A stretch of DNA of 64,000 nt from an uncultured delta proteobacterium (GCA_963816145.1 CAWFJP010000012.1:64001-128000), one strand, 5' to 3'; shown: positions 1 to 10,537, numbered from the stretch's first letter. A program made the numbers and translations. Notes: generated from the letters alone by a model not told the origin.

Positions 1-81
1 ATCGGGCTGGCCATCATCATTTCGGTCTATCGCCATCGCCAATCCTTGGATCCCCAGGAGATGCAGCTGCTCAAATGGTAG
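1..81 (+). CDS. nuoK: NADH-quinone oxidoreductase subunit K, 3' end (partial)
   Basis: Frame 1 reads IGLAIIISVYRHRQSLDPQEMQLLKW*, a typical NuoK C-terminus overlapping the nuoL start. Confidence 0.9.
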   Translation: MGLAIIISVYRHRQSLDPQEMQLLKW

Positions 82-1997
82 AGACGACCCAAAATCTGGT
101 GAATACCGATCTTTTGCGCTGGATTCCCTTGATTCCGCTGCTCGGCAGTGTGGTCAATCTGTTCTTTGGCCGGGCATTGGGTAAACAAGGCGCCGGGTTG
201 TTGGCCTGCGCGGCGGTCGGGACATCGTTCGCATTGGTTGTTTTTGTCTTCTCGCAGTTGCCATCGACTGGGATCTTTCGCGATTTGCTTTACACCTGGA
301 TTCACTCAGGGTCTTTTCAGGCCAATCTTTCCTTTCAAGTCGATGCGTTAACCACGGTGATGCTCTTGGTGGTCACCGGCATCGGCTTTTTGATCCATAT
401 TTATTCCTTGGGCTACATGGGCGATGACGACGACATGGTGCGCTTTTTTATTTATCTCAACCTGTTCATCTTTTTCATGCTGCTCTTGGTCATGGGTGAC
501 AATCTGCTGTTGCTCTTTGTCGGTTGGGAAGGTGTCGGCCTTTGTTCCTATCTCTTGATCGGTTTCTGGTACCACGATCACAACAACACCATCGCCGGCA
601 ATAAGGCGTTTATCGTCAACCGCATCGGCGATCTGGGATTCATCATCGGGATTTTCGTGTTGGTGGCTGAGTTAGGCCGCCAAGGCATCTGGACGCTCGA
701 TTTCGTCGAGCTGCAGAAGCATGTGAAAATGTTGCAGCCGGGCACCATTACGTTAATCACCTTTCTGCTTTTCATCGGCGCCACGGGAAAATCGGCACAG
801 ATACCGCTGTTTGTCTGGCTGCCCGACGCTATGGCCGGACCGACGCCGGTGAGCGCGCTGATCCACGCCGCCACCATGGTGACCGCCGGCGTCTACATGA
901 CGGCACGGCTGCATTTTCTCTTCGCCTTGGCGCCGGCGACCTTGGCACTTATCGCTGTGATCGGCACGGCGACGGCATTTTTCGCCGCGACCATTGCGCT
1001 GACGCAGAACGATATCAAGAAAGTCTTGGCCTACTCGACGGTGAGCCAACTGGGGTACATGTTTCTCGCCGTCGGCATGGGTGGCTTCGGTGCGGCGATC
1101 TTTCACGTCTTCACCCATGCGTTCTTCAAAGCTTGCTTGTTCCTGGGTTCCGGTAGCGTTATCCACGCTCTCGGCGGCGAGCAGGATATGCGCAAGATGG
1201 GCGGGCTCAAAGCTTACATGCCGAAAACTTACTGGACCTACGTCGTTGCAACTTTGGCGATCGCCGGCGTGCCCTTCACCGCCGGTTTCTTCTCCAAGGA
1301 TTTGATTCTCTGGCAGACCTTCAGCCATGGCGCGACCCTGTTATGGGCCGTTGGCCTTGTCACCGCCGGAATGACCGCCTTTTACATGTTTCGCCAGCTA
1401 TTCATGGTCTTTCATGGCGAGTGCCGCGCCGACGCCCATGCCAAGGCGCATATTCATGAATCGCCGGCAATCATGACCTTGCCGCTGATTATCCTGGCCG
1501 TCGGTTCGGTCTTCACCGGTTGGCTGGGCGCGCCGGAATATCTCTGGGGCAGCCGCTGGGATCATTGGCTGGAGCCGATCTTCGGTGCCCAGGCCCATCA
1601 TGGTGCGGTAAGTAGCGAGCTGTTGGTGACCTTTGTCACTTTGGCCGTGGTCGCCGTGGGAATTTATTTGGCATACCTCATGTTCGGCAAAGCCGGAGCG
1701 TTGGCCGGACAAAGAATTGGCAGCGGCGTTCTCTACGAGCTCTCGCTCAACAAGTATTACGTCGATGATATTTACGATTTTATTTTCGTCCGGCCGTTCA
1801 CGGCGGCGGCCAAGTTCTTTGCCGGCATCGTTGATCCTTGGGTGATCGATGGCGCGGTCAATGGCGTCGCCGCCACGGCGCGCGGTTTCAGCACGATCTG
1901 GCGCGGCCTGCAGACCGGTAACGTACAGCACTATGCAGCGATGTTTTTAGTCGGTGTCCTGGCCCTGCTCGCGTACTATCTCGGACAACTGTCATGA
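75..1997 (+). CDS. nuoL: NADH-quinone oxidoreductase subunit L
   Basis: GWEGVGLCSYLLIGFW and GKSAQIPLFVWLPDAMAGPTPVSALIHAATMV motifs. Confidence 0.97.
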   Translation: MVETTQNLVNTDLLRWIPLIPLLGSVVNLFFGRALGKQGAGLLACAAVGTSFALVVFVFSQLPSTGIFRDLLYTWIHSGSFQANLSFQVDALTTVMLLVVTGIGFLIHIYSLGYMGDDDDMVRFFIYLNLFIFFMLLLVMGDNLLLLFVGWEGVGLCSYLLIGFWYHDHNNTIAGNKAFIVNRIGDLGFIIGIFVLVAELGRQGIWTLDFVELQKHVKMLQPGTITLITFLLFIGATGKSAQIPLFVWLPDAMAGPTPVSALIHAATMVTAGVYMTARLHFLFALAPATLALIAVIGTATAFFAATIALTQNDIKKVLAYSTVSQLGYMFLAVGMGGFGAAIFHVFTHAFFKACLFLGSGSVIHALGGEQDMRKMGGLKAYMPKTYWTYVVATLAIAGVPFTAGFFSKDLILWQTFSHGATLLWAVGLVTAGMTAFYMFRQLFMVFHGECRADAHAKAHIHESPAIMTLPLIILAVGSVFTGWLGAPEYLWGSRWDHWLEPIFGAQAHHGAVSSELLVTFVTLAVVAVGIYLAYLMFGKAGALAGQRIGSGVLYELSLNKYYVDDIYDFIFVRPFTAAAKFFAGIVDPWVIDGAVNGVAATARGFSTIWRGLQTGNVQHYAAMFLVGVLALLAYYLGQLS

Positions 1998-3547
1998 TGT
2001 CAGCGCAAGGCTTCGGAGATTTGACTCTGCTACTCGCCATCCCGGTGCTCGGCGCGGCGGCGCTTTTGTTTCTGCCGCGGCGCCAGTCGGCCGGGCTGTT
2101 CGCCGTTGCACTGATCGCCAGCGCGATAGCCTTCCTCTGGTCGCTCAAGATTTTCGAACGCTTCGACGGCGGCAACGGCGAGATGCAGCTGATCGAGCGG
2201 GTGGCGTGGATGCCGGCCATCGGCATTCAATATCTTGTCGGTATCGACGGCATCAGCATTTTTCTGGTTTTGCTTACCACCTTTCTCATGCCGCTGGCGC
2301 TGTTGGCCTCCTGGTCGGTGCGTGACAAGGTCAAAGAGTATTTGATCTTCATGCTACTCTTGGAAACCGGCATGCTCGGCGCCTTCCTGGCGCTCGATCT
2401 GGTGCTGTTCTATGTGTTTTGGGAAGTCATGCTGGTGCCGATGTATTTTTTGATCGGCGTGTGGGGCGGTACGCGGCGCATCTACGCGGCGGTGAAATTC
2501 GTTCTCTTCACCATGGCCGGCAGCTTGCTCATGTTGGTGGCGATCATTTATCTCGCCACGCGCCATGCTCAGGTGACGCAAGTGCTGACATTTAACGTGT
2601 TACACCTCTACGATCTGCACTTGCCGGTGGAGCAACAATTCTGGTTATTCCTCGCCTTCGCTTTGTCGTTCGCCATCAAGGTGCCGCTGTTTCCATTCCA
2701 CACCTGGCTGCCTGACGCCCATGTGGAAGCGCCAACCGCCGGATCGGTAATCCTCGCCGGCGTGCTGTTGAAGCTAGGTACCTACGGCTTTCTGCGTTTC
2801 GCCATGCCGCTGTTTCCCGACGCCGCCATCGCCTTGATGCCTTACCTCGTTGCCCTATCGGTTATCGGCATCGTCTACGGCGCGTTGGTGGCGATGATGC
2901 AGACCGATATCAAAAAGCTGGTCGCCTATTCTTCCGTCAGCCATCTAGGGTTCGTCATGCTTGGGCTCTGCGCGCTCAATATGCAGGGAGTGCAGGGCAG
3001 CATCTATCAAATGCTCAATCATGGCCTTTCTACCGGCGCACTGTTTCTCATGGTCGGCATGATCTATGACCGGCGCCACACCCGACTGATCGCCGAATTC
3101 GGCGGATTGTGGAAGCAGATGCCGGTGTTTTCGGTCTTGTTGCTGGTGGTGACGTTGTCCTCCATCGGGCTGCCGGGGCTCAACGGCTTCGTCGGTGAAT
3201 TTCTAATTCTACTCGGCTCCTTTAGCGTGACGCCGCGCTGGACCGCGGTGGCGGCGACCGGCGTGATTCTCGGCGCGATCTACATGCTCTGGATGTTTCG
3301 CCGGGTGATCTTCGGGCCGCTCAACAACCCGGAGAATCAAAAGCTGCAAGATCTGAACGGCCGGGAATTGTTAATCTTAGCGCCGATGATTTTCTTGATC
3401 GTTTACATGGGCGTCCATCCCCAGCCGTTCTTGAGCCGCATGCAACCGGCGGTGGCATTAAATTTGAAGCGAATCTTTACTTTGCCAGTATCACCCATGG
3501 CCGCCCAACCTGATGTCAGCGGGGAGCAGCAGAACGATGGACGTTAA
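1994..3547 (+). CDS. nuoM: NADH-quinone oxidoreductase subunit M
   Basis: FYVFWEVMLVPMYFLIG and KVPLFPFHTWLPDAHVEAPT motifs; operon order. Confidence 0.97.
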   Translation: MMSAQGFGDLTLLLAIPVLGAAALLFLPRRQSAGLFAVALIASAIAFLWSLKIFERFDGGNGEMQLIERVAWMPAIGIQYLVGIDGISIFLVLLTTFLMPLALLASWSVRDKVKEYLIFMLLLETGMLGAFLALDLVLFYVFWEVMLVPMYFLIGVWGGTRRIYAAVKFVLFTMAGSLLMLVAIIYLATRHAQVTQVLTFNVLHLYDLHLPVEQQFWLFLAFALSFAIKVPLFPFHTWLPDAHVEAPTAGSVILAGVLLKLGTYGFLRFAMPLFPDAAIALMPYLVALSVIGIVYGALVAMMQTDIKKLVAYSSVSHLGFVMLGLCALNMQGVQGSIYQMLNHGLSTGALFLMVGMIYDRRHTRLIAEFGGLWKQMPVFSVLLLVVTLSSIGLPGLNGFVGEFLILLGSFSVTPRWTAVAATGVILGAIYMLWMFRRVIFGPLNNPENQKLQDLNGRELLILAPMIFLIVYMGVHPQPFLSRMQPAVALNLKRIFTLPVSPMAAQPDVSGEQQNDGR

Positions 3548-4982
3548 CCTCGTACCCCTGCTGCCGGCGGTGCAAGTGCTGGTTACTGCACTGGTGGTCA
3601 CCGTGCGTGACCTGTTTATCAAGGCCAACGAATCGCGCGGCGTCCTAGCTTTCTATAGTCTTGTTGGTCTCGGCTTGGCCGCCGCCGAGGTGGTGTTGTT
3701 GCTCGGCGGCAAGCAAGAGAGCGCATTCAACGACAGCTTCATGCTCGATCGCTTCGCGTTGTTTTTCGCGGTGATTTTTATCTTTGCAGCGGCGCTGACG
3801 ATTCTCACATCGATCGACTATGTGCGGCAGGCCGGCATCCACGAGGGTGAATTCTACGCGCTCATTCTGTTCGCGACCTCGGGCATGATTGTCATGGCGG
3901 CGGCCAACGATTTGATGGTTTTCTTCCTCGGCCTGGAAACCATGTCGATCGCGGTCTACGTGCTCACCGGCATGTGGCGTTCCAACGGCCGATCTAGCGA
4001 AGCGGCGATGAAATACTTTTTAATGGGCGCCTATGCCACCGGCTTCTTGCTCTATGGGATCGCGTTGATCTACGGCGCCACCGGCTCGACCAATCTAACC
4101 CAAATATCCGCTTATATGCTTGACCAACCCGCTGAATGGCCGATTTATCTGATCGGCGGCGGTTTTTTGCTGTTGATCGGTTTCGCTTTCAAAGTCGGCG
4201 CAGTGCCGTTTCATTTCTGGGTGCCCGATGTTTACGACGGCGCGCCGACGCCGGTGACCGGTTTCATGTCGGTGGCGGTCAAGGCCGCCGCCTTCGCCGC
4301 CTGGGCGCGCATCCTGCTATACCGGCTCTCGCCGTTGGACGGCGATTGGGTATTTCCACTGTGGATCATCGCTATCGGCACGATGACGTTAGGCAATCTG
4401 TTGGCGATCACCCAACAGAGTATCAAGCGTATGCTGGCGTACTCGAGCATCGCCCATGCGGGATATCTACTGATACCCATCGTCGTCGGCGTGGAATGGG
4501 GCGGTTTGCCGCTGCTGTTCTATCTACTCACCTATTCTTTCATGACCCTGGGCGCTTTCGCCGTGCTTGCCAGCATGGCGGAGGGCAACGAGCCTCGCGA
4601 TGGATACAGTGACTTTGCCGGATTGGGTTTCAAGCGGCCGTTCTTGGCGCTCGCCATGTCGCTCTTTATGCTATCACTGGCCGGATTCCCACCGCTGGCT
4701 GGTTTCACCGGCAAGTTCTACGTCTTTCGTTCGGCAGTTTTATCCGGCCAATTAAACCTCGCCATAATCGGTGTGCTCAACAGCCTGCTGTCGGTGATCT
4801 TCTACTTGCGGGTTATCGTCGCGATGTATATGGAAGAGGGCGGCGCCCAAGGAAAATCGTTTCGCCAAGCGCCGTTCGTTTATATCGCCGTCGCCATCGC
4901 TCTGATCGGCACGATCTATTTGGGTATTCTGCCCGCCGACGCACTCAACTGGAGCCGCCAGGCTTTTGGCTCGTTGGAATAA
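3537..4982 (+). CDS. nuoN: NADH-quinone oxidoreductase subunit N
   Basis: EAAMKYF, FKVGAVPFHFWVPDVYDGAP and KRMLAYSSIAHAGY motifs; start at ATG 3537 chosen after a purine-rich RBS. Confidence 0.96.
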   Translation: MDVNLVPLLPAVQVLVTALVVTVRDLFIKANESRGVLAFYSLVGLGLAAAEVVLLLGGKQESAFNDSFMLDRFALFFAVIFIFAAALTILTSIDYVRQAGIHEGEFYALILFATSGMIVMAAANDLMVFFLGLETMSIAVYVLTGMWRSNGRSSEAAMKYFLMGAYATGFLLYGIALIYGATGSTNLTQISAYMLDQPAEWPIYLIGGGFLLLIGFAFKVGAVPFHFWVPDVYDGAPTPVTGFMSVAVKAAAFAAWARILLYRLSPLDGDWVFPLWIIAIGTMTLGNLLAITQQSIKRMLAYSSIAHAGYLLIPIVVGVEWGGLPLLFYLLTYSFMTLGAFAVLASMAEGNEPRDGYSDFAGLGFKRPFLALAMSLFMLSLAGFPPLAGFTGKFYVFRSAVLSGQLNLAIIGVLNSLLSVIFYLRVIVAMYMEEGGAQGKSFRQAPFVYIAVAIALIGTIYLGILPADALNWSRQAFGSLE

Positions 4983-4988
4983 ATTCAT

Positions 4989-5069
4989 TCACCACGAAGG
5001 ACACGAAGCGCACGAAGTTCGGAGGAATCAGTATCCGGGACCTTCGCGTTCTTCGTGCCTTCGTGGTGA
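4989..5069. repeat. Palindromic intergenic repeat, CACCACGAAG family (intact copy)
   Basis: Arms tcaccacgaaggacacgaagcgcacgaag ... cttcgcgttcttcgtgccttcgtggtga, between convergent genes. Confidence 0.85.
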
Positions 5070-5096
5070 TATCGTTCTCTGCGCTGCAAAACACAA

Positions 5097-5930
5097 TCAG
5101 TTTGTTTTGACGAAGAAGCCGATCGCTACCGGCACTTCGGAAGTGCCGGGCACCGATTCTTCCAATCTGCCTGATTTGAAATAGAGCTGGGCGGAACCGC
5201 CACCGTCGAGATTCAACAACTCTGGGGTGTCGAGATGCCATTTGGCGTTGGCAAAGAGTTCTTGCAGCTCGACAAAGCTCAAGCCGCCAAGCACCGCATC
5301 GGTGACCGCAATGAGGATGCGCCCCTCTTTATCCATTCCAAGCACGGTCCGGCGGGCGTAACGGCCGAGGCCGCGCATGGTCTCAACCAGCGCACCACGG
5401 CTTAACAACAACGGGCCGGACTGAAGGGCTTCGCTCGATTGCGCCGGAGAAAAATCGTCTCTGTGCATGACCATCGGATTGCCATCGACGATGGCAAAAA
5501 CTCCCGTGTAGAGCGCGTGCGTCGACACAGTGCGATTGATCTCTTTGTCTCTAGTTTTCAGATACGCTAGCGGCCGGCCGCGCTCGTCGAAATAGTTGGC
5601 GTTGATCGCCGCGATGGCACCGCTCTTTTCAACGAAGCTCTTCGCCGTGGCGCCTTTCACTTGAAAATCGCTGCTCGAAAGCACCCGTGCGCCGATGATT
5701 TTAGAATCAAAGCGCAGAAGCTTTAAGTCCAGCGTGTAGTTTGGTTCGGAGCGCAGGAAGGCGATTTTGCGCTGCTCGACGCCTTTGTGAATCGATCGCC
5801 AACTACCAATGTCGGTTGCCGTCAGGGTGCCGCTGATCTTGAATCGCCCGGAAGATTGTCCATGCAGCGGCGTAATCTGGAGAATTAACAGCAAAACGGC
5901 CAACGCCAATGTGAACGAGCAACTCTTCAT
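5097..5930 (-). CDS. Phosphodiester glycosidase family (NAGPA-like) secreted protein
   Basis: Signal peptide; AINANYF, QSGPLL and LNLDGGGS motifs. Confidence 0.8.
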   Translation of the reverse strand: MKSCSFTLALAVLLLILQITPLHGQSSGRFKISGTLTATDIGSWRSIHKGVEQRKIAFLRSEPNYTLDLKLLRFDSKIIGARVLSSSDFQVKGATAKSFVEKSGAIAAINANYFDERGRPLAYLKTRDKEINRTVSTHALYTGVFAIVDGNPMVMHRDDFSPAQSSEALQSGPLLLSRGALVETMRGLGRYARRTVLGMDKEGRILIAVTDAVLGGLSFVELQELFANAKWHLDTPELLNLDGGGSAQLYFKSGRLEESVPGTSEVPVAIGFFVKTN

Positions 5931-6042
5931 TCTATCCAAAAGCATAACAAACCGACGGCAAAAGAACAGCCAGCGCGCAGTTTGCAACTCTTCTCACCTT
6001 CCTGCTAACTGGTTAGACAGCAAATCAATCTTGGAGGCAATC

Positions 6043-6258
6043 ATGGGCAAGACTTTTCGAATGATGGTTTTTTTCGGCTTGGTCGCGGCACTGCCGGCTT
6101 GCGGCGACAAGAAGGATCAAGCGGCAAACGAAGAGGCGGCTAAACAGGCGATCCAACAAGGCGCACAAAAAGAACAGAAGATGATGGAAGGCATGGTCAA
6201 GGGCGTCGAGACTGTCGAAAAGAAGATGACCGAGGAGAAGCAAGAGACGAAGAAGTAG
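6043..6258 (+). CDS. Small putative lipoprotein
   Basis: GGAGG RBS; hydrophobic N-terminus with LPAC lipobox, then a charged helical tail. Confidence 0.7.
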   Translation: MGKTFRMMVFFGLVAALPACGDKKDQAANEEAAKQAIQQGAQKEQKMMEGMVKGVETVEKKMTEEKQETKK

Positions 6259-6401
6259 CCCGTTTCGTTGATGTTCCGTTCCGAGCTGCAAAGCGGCATC
6301 ATCTACGCGCTGCTCACCGGTGTGCTCGTCTTGATCCAGAGCTAGGGTTGTTAGGCACTTCAGGTATTAGTCTGGATTCCAAACGCGACGCAATTGATTG
6401 T

Positions 6402-6473
6402 TCACCACGAAGAACACGAAGGCATCGGACACAAAATGTTCCGAACTTCGTGCGCTTCGTGTCTTCGTGGTGA
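6402..6473. repeat. Palindromic repeat, CACCACGAAG family
   Basis: tcaccacgaagaacacgaag ... cttcgtgcgcttcgtgtcttcgtggtga. Confidence 0.85.
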
Positions 6474-6506
6474 TAATGATTTTCATTGTTTCTCGCTAAG
6501 GACCGT

Positions 6507-6860
6507 TTAACGATTAGGGGTGATTTCAAAAACTACGCGCTCCAGCTGCGGCGGCGAGTCGCGCAAGGTCAAGACCTGCTTGCGCACCGCTTCATCGGCC
6601 ACCTGGTTTGCGGTGCAGGAGATTATCTCGCCTTTGGCGGCGATGCTTACGGTATTGTTAGCGATCATGTTTTGACACCAGTGTTTGCCCTGGACTCTAC
6701 TCGATGTTGCGTAAAATTTTCCCTGCAAAAAGAGAAAGCGCAGCTCGACGGTGCGCGGCAGGCCGCTCTTGCGGCCGGTGGTCGTTAGGTTGGCGACAAC
6801 GGTGGCCCCGTCCTTGAGGTTCATGGGCGGGAATATATGGTCAACTAACTCACGACTCAA
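6507..6860 (-). CDS. Deazaflavin (F420)-dependent nitroreductase-like protein (DDN/FDOR family)
   Basis: LTTTGRKSGLPRTV motif and W..N signature; ~117 aa. Confidence 0.8.
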   Translation of the reverse strand: MSRELVDHIFPPMNLKDGATVVANLTTTGRKSGLPRTVELRFLFLQGKFYATSSRVQGKHWCQNMIANNTVSIAAKGEIISCTANQVADEAVRKQVLTLRDSPPQLERVVFEITPNR

Positions 6861-6954
6861 GTATTTGCTAACTTGACTCCCTCGCGGATCGAAAGATAAG
6901 CTTGGCGGCGTCTACGCGACTTAAACTATTATCGACAACCCAAGCGGAGGCAAA

Positions 6955-7779
6955 ATGGCGGCTAAGAAATCAACTGGAATCACCGCGACCATGATCAAAT
7001 TCGGCGGCGGCATCAGCGCGGCGCGCGCGCTGCCCAAGGCCAAAGGCAAGCGGCCGGCGGTGATCATCCTCCATGAGCGTTACGGCATCGATCAACATAC
7101 CAAAGATCTGACCGCCAAATTGGCGCAAGCGGGTTTTGTCGGATTGGCGCCGGACTTGTTTCATCGCTTCACCGGCGACCGTAAAGCGGTTTTGCGCGGT
7201 GAGCAAAGAGTCGATCTGTCCGACGACGGCGCCCTAGCCGATCTCAACGCCGCGGTGGATTACTTAAAAAGGTTGAAAGAAGTCGACCCGACGCGCATCG
7301 GGATCATCGGCGTTTGTCAGACCGGCCGGCAGCCGGTGCTGCTGGCGGCCAAGCGTAACGATATTGCCGGAGCCGTGGTGCTTTATGGCGCCATCGGCGG
7401 ACGGGAGTGGCAAGGCAACGATCTGCGGCCGACGCCCATCGAAGACTTGGTCGCCCAGGTGAACTGTCCGGTGCTGGGGATTTTCGGCGAGGCGGATCAT
7501 ATTATATCCGTCGATGATGTCGCCCGAATCCGCAACTGCTTCGAGAAATTCAGGAAGAGCTGCCATATCCGGATTTATCGCGACGCGCCCCACGGCTGGC
7601 TCAACGACACCATGCCGGGGCGCTACCGCAAGGAGGCCGCCAACGATGCTTGGAAGCTGATGATGGGGTTTCTCAAAAAGTGTTTCGCCGGCGGCTGGGA
7701 CGCCACTCGTATTTTCTGCACTTACGAGAGCGACTATGCGACGACTTACGACTTCAAGAAAAATGTGCGCATGGAATAG
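6955..7779 (+). CDS. Dienelactone hydrolase family protein
   Basis: ILHERYG, APDLF, GVCQTG (GxCxG nucleophile) and APHGW motifs. Confidence 0.88.
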   Translation: MAAKKSTGITATMIKFGGGISAARALPKAKGKRPAVIILHERYGIDQHTKDLTAKLAQAGFVGLAPDLFHRFTGDRKAVLRGEQRVDLSDDGALADLNAAVDYLKRLKEVDPTRIGIIGVCQTGRQPVLLAAKRNDIAGAVVLYGAIGGREWQGNDLRPTPIEDLVAQVNCPVLGIFGEADHIISVDDVARIRNCFEKFRKSCHIRIYRDAPHGWLNDTMPGRYRKEAANDAWKLMMGFLKKCFAGGWDATRIFCTYESDYATTYDFKKNVRME

Positions 7780-7794
7780 CCAGAGGTTAGCGCC

Positions 7795-8760
7795 ATGAAT
7801 TTGCCACGAAGCAATCATACTAGACTTGCGGCGGTGCTGACTGGGTTCGCCTTGCGGTTAATCTTCGCCGGCGATGCAGTGATCGCGGCGGAGCGCGTGT
7901 CGATAGCCACACCGAGCCGCGGCTTATTTGAGTTTCCCGTGGTCGTAGCGATGCGCAAAGGATTTTACAAAGCTGAAGGCATTGACGTCGACAAGGTGCA
8001 GATGCAGCCCACATTGGGCGTTCAGGCCCTGGTCGCCGGCGATGTCGATTATTTGCTGGCTTGGGGCTCGGCCTTGCGTGCGGCGGTCACCGGCGTACCG
8101 GTCAAGAACGTCGTCGGCATCGCCAGTCGGCCGCTGCATGTGTTGATCGCACGCCCCGGCATCCAATCGCCCCAGGATCTCAGGAACAAAGTTATCGGCG
8201 TCGACTCGGTGGCCGGCACCGTCGATTATCTATCCCGCGTGGCGGTGCGCCATTTCGGCATGGAGCCGGACAAGGACGTTAAGATTATCGTCACCGGCGA
8301 GAGCCCGACGCGCTTGGCCGCGCTGCGCAGCGGCGCCATCGACGCCACACCCATCGATGTCGCATTTGCCGTGAAAGCCGAAGACGAAGGATTCCGGCGC
8401 ATGATTTATCTGGGCGATCTGATCGAATTGCCGTTGTCGGGAATGGCAGTCACCGATCACAAACTGCAAACCCAACGCGATCAAGTGCGCCGCATGGTGC
8501 GAGCGACGGTGCGCGGCACGCGCTACTTCAAACAAAACCGTAGCGAGACAGTGCAGATGCTCGCTGACTATCTGCGCATCACGCCGGCACAGGCCGCTAA
8601 AGCCTATGACACCTCACTCAATTCCTTCACCGACGACGGCATGATCTCGGACAAGGGGGTTTTGCTCGATGTCCAACTCACCAAAGAGCGGTTGAAGATG
8701 ACCAAGGATATTCCGCTCAGTCAGTTGGTGGATTGGAGTTTGGTGCGGGAGATCAAATGA
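7795..8760 (+). CDS. ABC substrate-binding protein (NMT1/SsuA-like)
   Basis: Signal peptide; KGFYKAEGIDV, ALVAGDVDY and AALRSGAIDA motifs. Confidence 0.85.
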   Translation: MNLPRSNHTRLAAVLTGFALRLIFAGDAVIAAERVSIATPSRGLFEFPVVVAMRKGFYKAEGIDVDKVQMQPTLGVQALVAGDVDYLLAWGSALRAAVTGVPVKNVVGIASRPLHVLIARPGIQSPQDLRNKVIGVDSVAGTVDYLSRVAVRHFGMEPDKDVKIIVTGESPTRLAALRSGAIDATPIDVAFAVKAEDEGFRRMIYLGDLIELPLSGMAVTDHKLQTQRDQVRRMVRATVRGTRYFKQNRSETVQMLADYLRITPAQAAKAYDTSLNSFTDDGMISDKGVLLDVQLTKERLKMTKDIPLSQLVDWSLVREIK

Positions 8761-8977
8761 TCGAGCACTCGGGGGCGGAAGCGGCAGCGGCAGCCCCTTG
8801 GACTTTCCTATTTCCGACTCTTTCACTTCACAACAGAAGAGTTAGACTTTAACGGGTTAAACGCCATCGCGACCAACCGGTAGCGTTGCATCAGAGTCCT
8901 CTGAAGAAATATAACCGATGCAAGAATCAGGACAATTGTCTTCGAATGTTATCAAACCCAAGAAGGAGCATGACAAA

Positions 8978-9637
8978 ATGAAAAGAAAAATATTTTTGAT
9001 TGGCGCGGTGGTATTTGCAGCGTGTCTGGTCGCCGGCGGTGCTCATGCCAACTATCAGGACGATGTCGACCAGGCTGTGGCAATTATTGAAAGCTTTCAG
9101 AAAATCCCTGAGCAGGGCATTCCAACCGCGGTCCTGCGCAATGCCCGAGGTCTGGCGATCATGACCGTTACCAAGGCGGGATTTATCGTTAGCGGCAGAG
9201 GCGGTAAAGGTATTGTCATCGCCCGAACCGATACGGGCTGGAGCGGTCCTTCGGCGATCGGCACGGGAGGGATGGGCTTTGGCTTTCAAGCCGGAGCTCA
9301 GGTCTCTGAAATTGTGATTATTCTCAACACCCCTGCGGCGGTGGAAGCATTTACAAAAGACGGCGACGTTACCCTTGGGGGCAATTTGAGCATAACGGCA
9401 GGCCCCATCGGGCGCGATGCCGAAGCTAGAGTGGGATTGCAATCGGTCATGTTCTCATACAGCCGCAGCCAGGGAGTTTTCGGCGGCCTTTCGATCGAAG
9501 GCACGGTGGTGGCCACGCGCAAAGACGACAATGCGGCCTATTACGGCAAGCCCGTAGAGGCGAAAGACATTCTTGCGGGCAAGGTGCCAGCGCCGGCAGG
9601 TGCTAGCAAATTGCGGCAAATTCTCTCGAAATGGTAA
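8978..9637 (+). CDS. Lipid-binding SYLF/YSC84 domain protein
   Basis: KAGFIVSGRGGKG, WSGPS, GFQAGAQ and YSRSQGVFGGLSIEG motifs. Confidence 0.88.
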   Translation: MKRKIFLIGAVVFAACLVAGGAHANYQDDVDQAVAIIESFQKIPEQGIPTAVLRNARGLAIMTVTKAGFIVSGRGGKGIVIARTDTGWSGPSAIGTGGMGFGFQAGAQVSEIVIILNTPAAVEAFTKDGDVTLGGNLSITAGPIGRDAEARVGLQSVMFSYSRSQGVFGGLSIEGTVVATRKDDNAAYYGKPVEAKDILAGKVPAPAGASKLRQILSKW

Positions 9638-9862
9638 GCCGTCGATGGGCCGCGGGGCAAACTCTAGGTTCTGGACTTGCCGGACGGCGCGCGTCGTCCG
9701 CGCAAATGCATCGATTTCGGCTAGTGCTGGTCGAATAAGTCGCGCTTAAGCTGAATTATAGCGGGCTATACCCACTGATTTAGCCTGACGTGACGCGATA
9801 GATGCACGACCGATCTAGACCGACGTCAACGTCGCAATAGACACCCATGCCGCCGAGTTTGC

Positions 9863-10003
9863 GATACCTCACTCAATTCTTGCACCGACGACGGCTTGAT
9901 CTCGGACGACGGTGTCAATCTCGACGTTCGATTAATCAAGAAGCGGCTCGAGATGACCAAGGAAATTCCCCTGAGCCAGTTGGTGGATTGGAATTTGGTA
10001 AGA
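9863..10003 (+). pseudogene. Diverged copy of the 3' tail of SBP gene 7795..8760
   Basis: Translates DTSLNSCTDDGLISDDGVNLDVRLIKKRLEMTKEIPLSQLVDWNLVR vs parent DTSLNSFTDDGMISDKGVLLDVQLTKERLKMTKDIPLSQLVDWSLVR. Confidence 0.9.
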
Positions 10004-10078
10004 AACCAAGAGAGATTGTTATTCGCCTAGCAAGAAGTTCGACAAAACTCTTTTCAACGTACGGTCGGTGGAGGCTCC

Positions 10079-10465
10079 ATGTTAACCGGTTCATGTCTAT
10101 GTGGCGGTGTGAAATACGAAATTGACGGTGAACTGGGTCCCGTAACCAATTGTCATTGTAGCTTGTGCCGCAAGATGTCGGGGTCGGCGTTCGCCAGCGG
10201 GGCGGCGATTCCTGCGGCTTCGTTTCGGTTCACCGCCGGACAAGACTTGCTCAAGGAATGGCAGTCGTCGCCCGGCAACCACCGGGTGTTTTGCGGCCGC
10301 TGTGGCACGCCATTAATCAAACGCAAAGATAAAGATACGAGCACACTGCGGTTTCGCCCCGGCAGTTTGGATAGCGATCCGGGCGTGAAAATTTCCAAGC
10401 ATCTTCACGTTAGCTCGAAGGCGCCGTGGGTCGAGATCAAGGATGGCTTGCCGCAGTCGGGGTAA
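10079..10465 (+). CDS. GFA (CENP-V) family Zn protein
   Basis: GSCLCGGV, CHCSLCRK and FCGRCGTP motifs. Confidence 0.9.
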   Translation: MLTGSCLCGGVKYEIDGELGPVTNCHCSLCRKMSGSAFASGAAIPAASFRFTAGQDLLKEWQSSPGNHRVFCGRCGTPLIKRKDKDTSTLRFRPGSLDSDPGVKISKHLHVSSKAPWVEIKDGLPQSG

Positions 10466-10537
10466 CGGGTAGTTGTCAGCAGTCAGTGATCAGCTATCAA
10501 CCGGGAAAAGATACCTCATCAATTTGCAACGATTCGC

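Noticed and set aside
6268-6346. Possible orphan gene tail LMFRSELQSGIIYALLTGVLVLIQS*
   Set aside because: No parent gene in the window, so it cannot be supported without a search.
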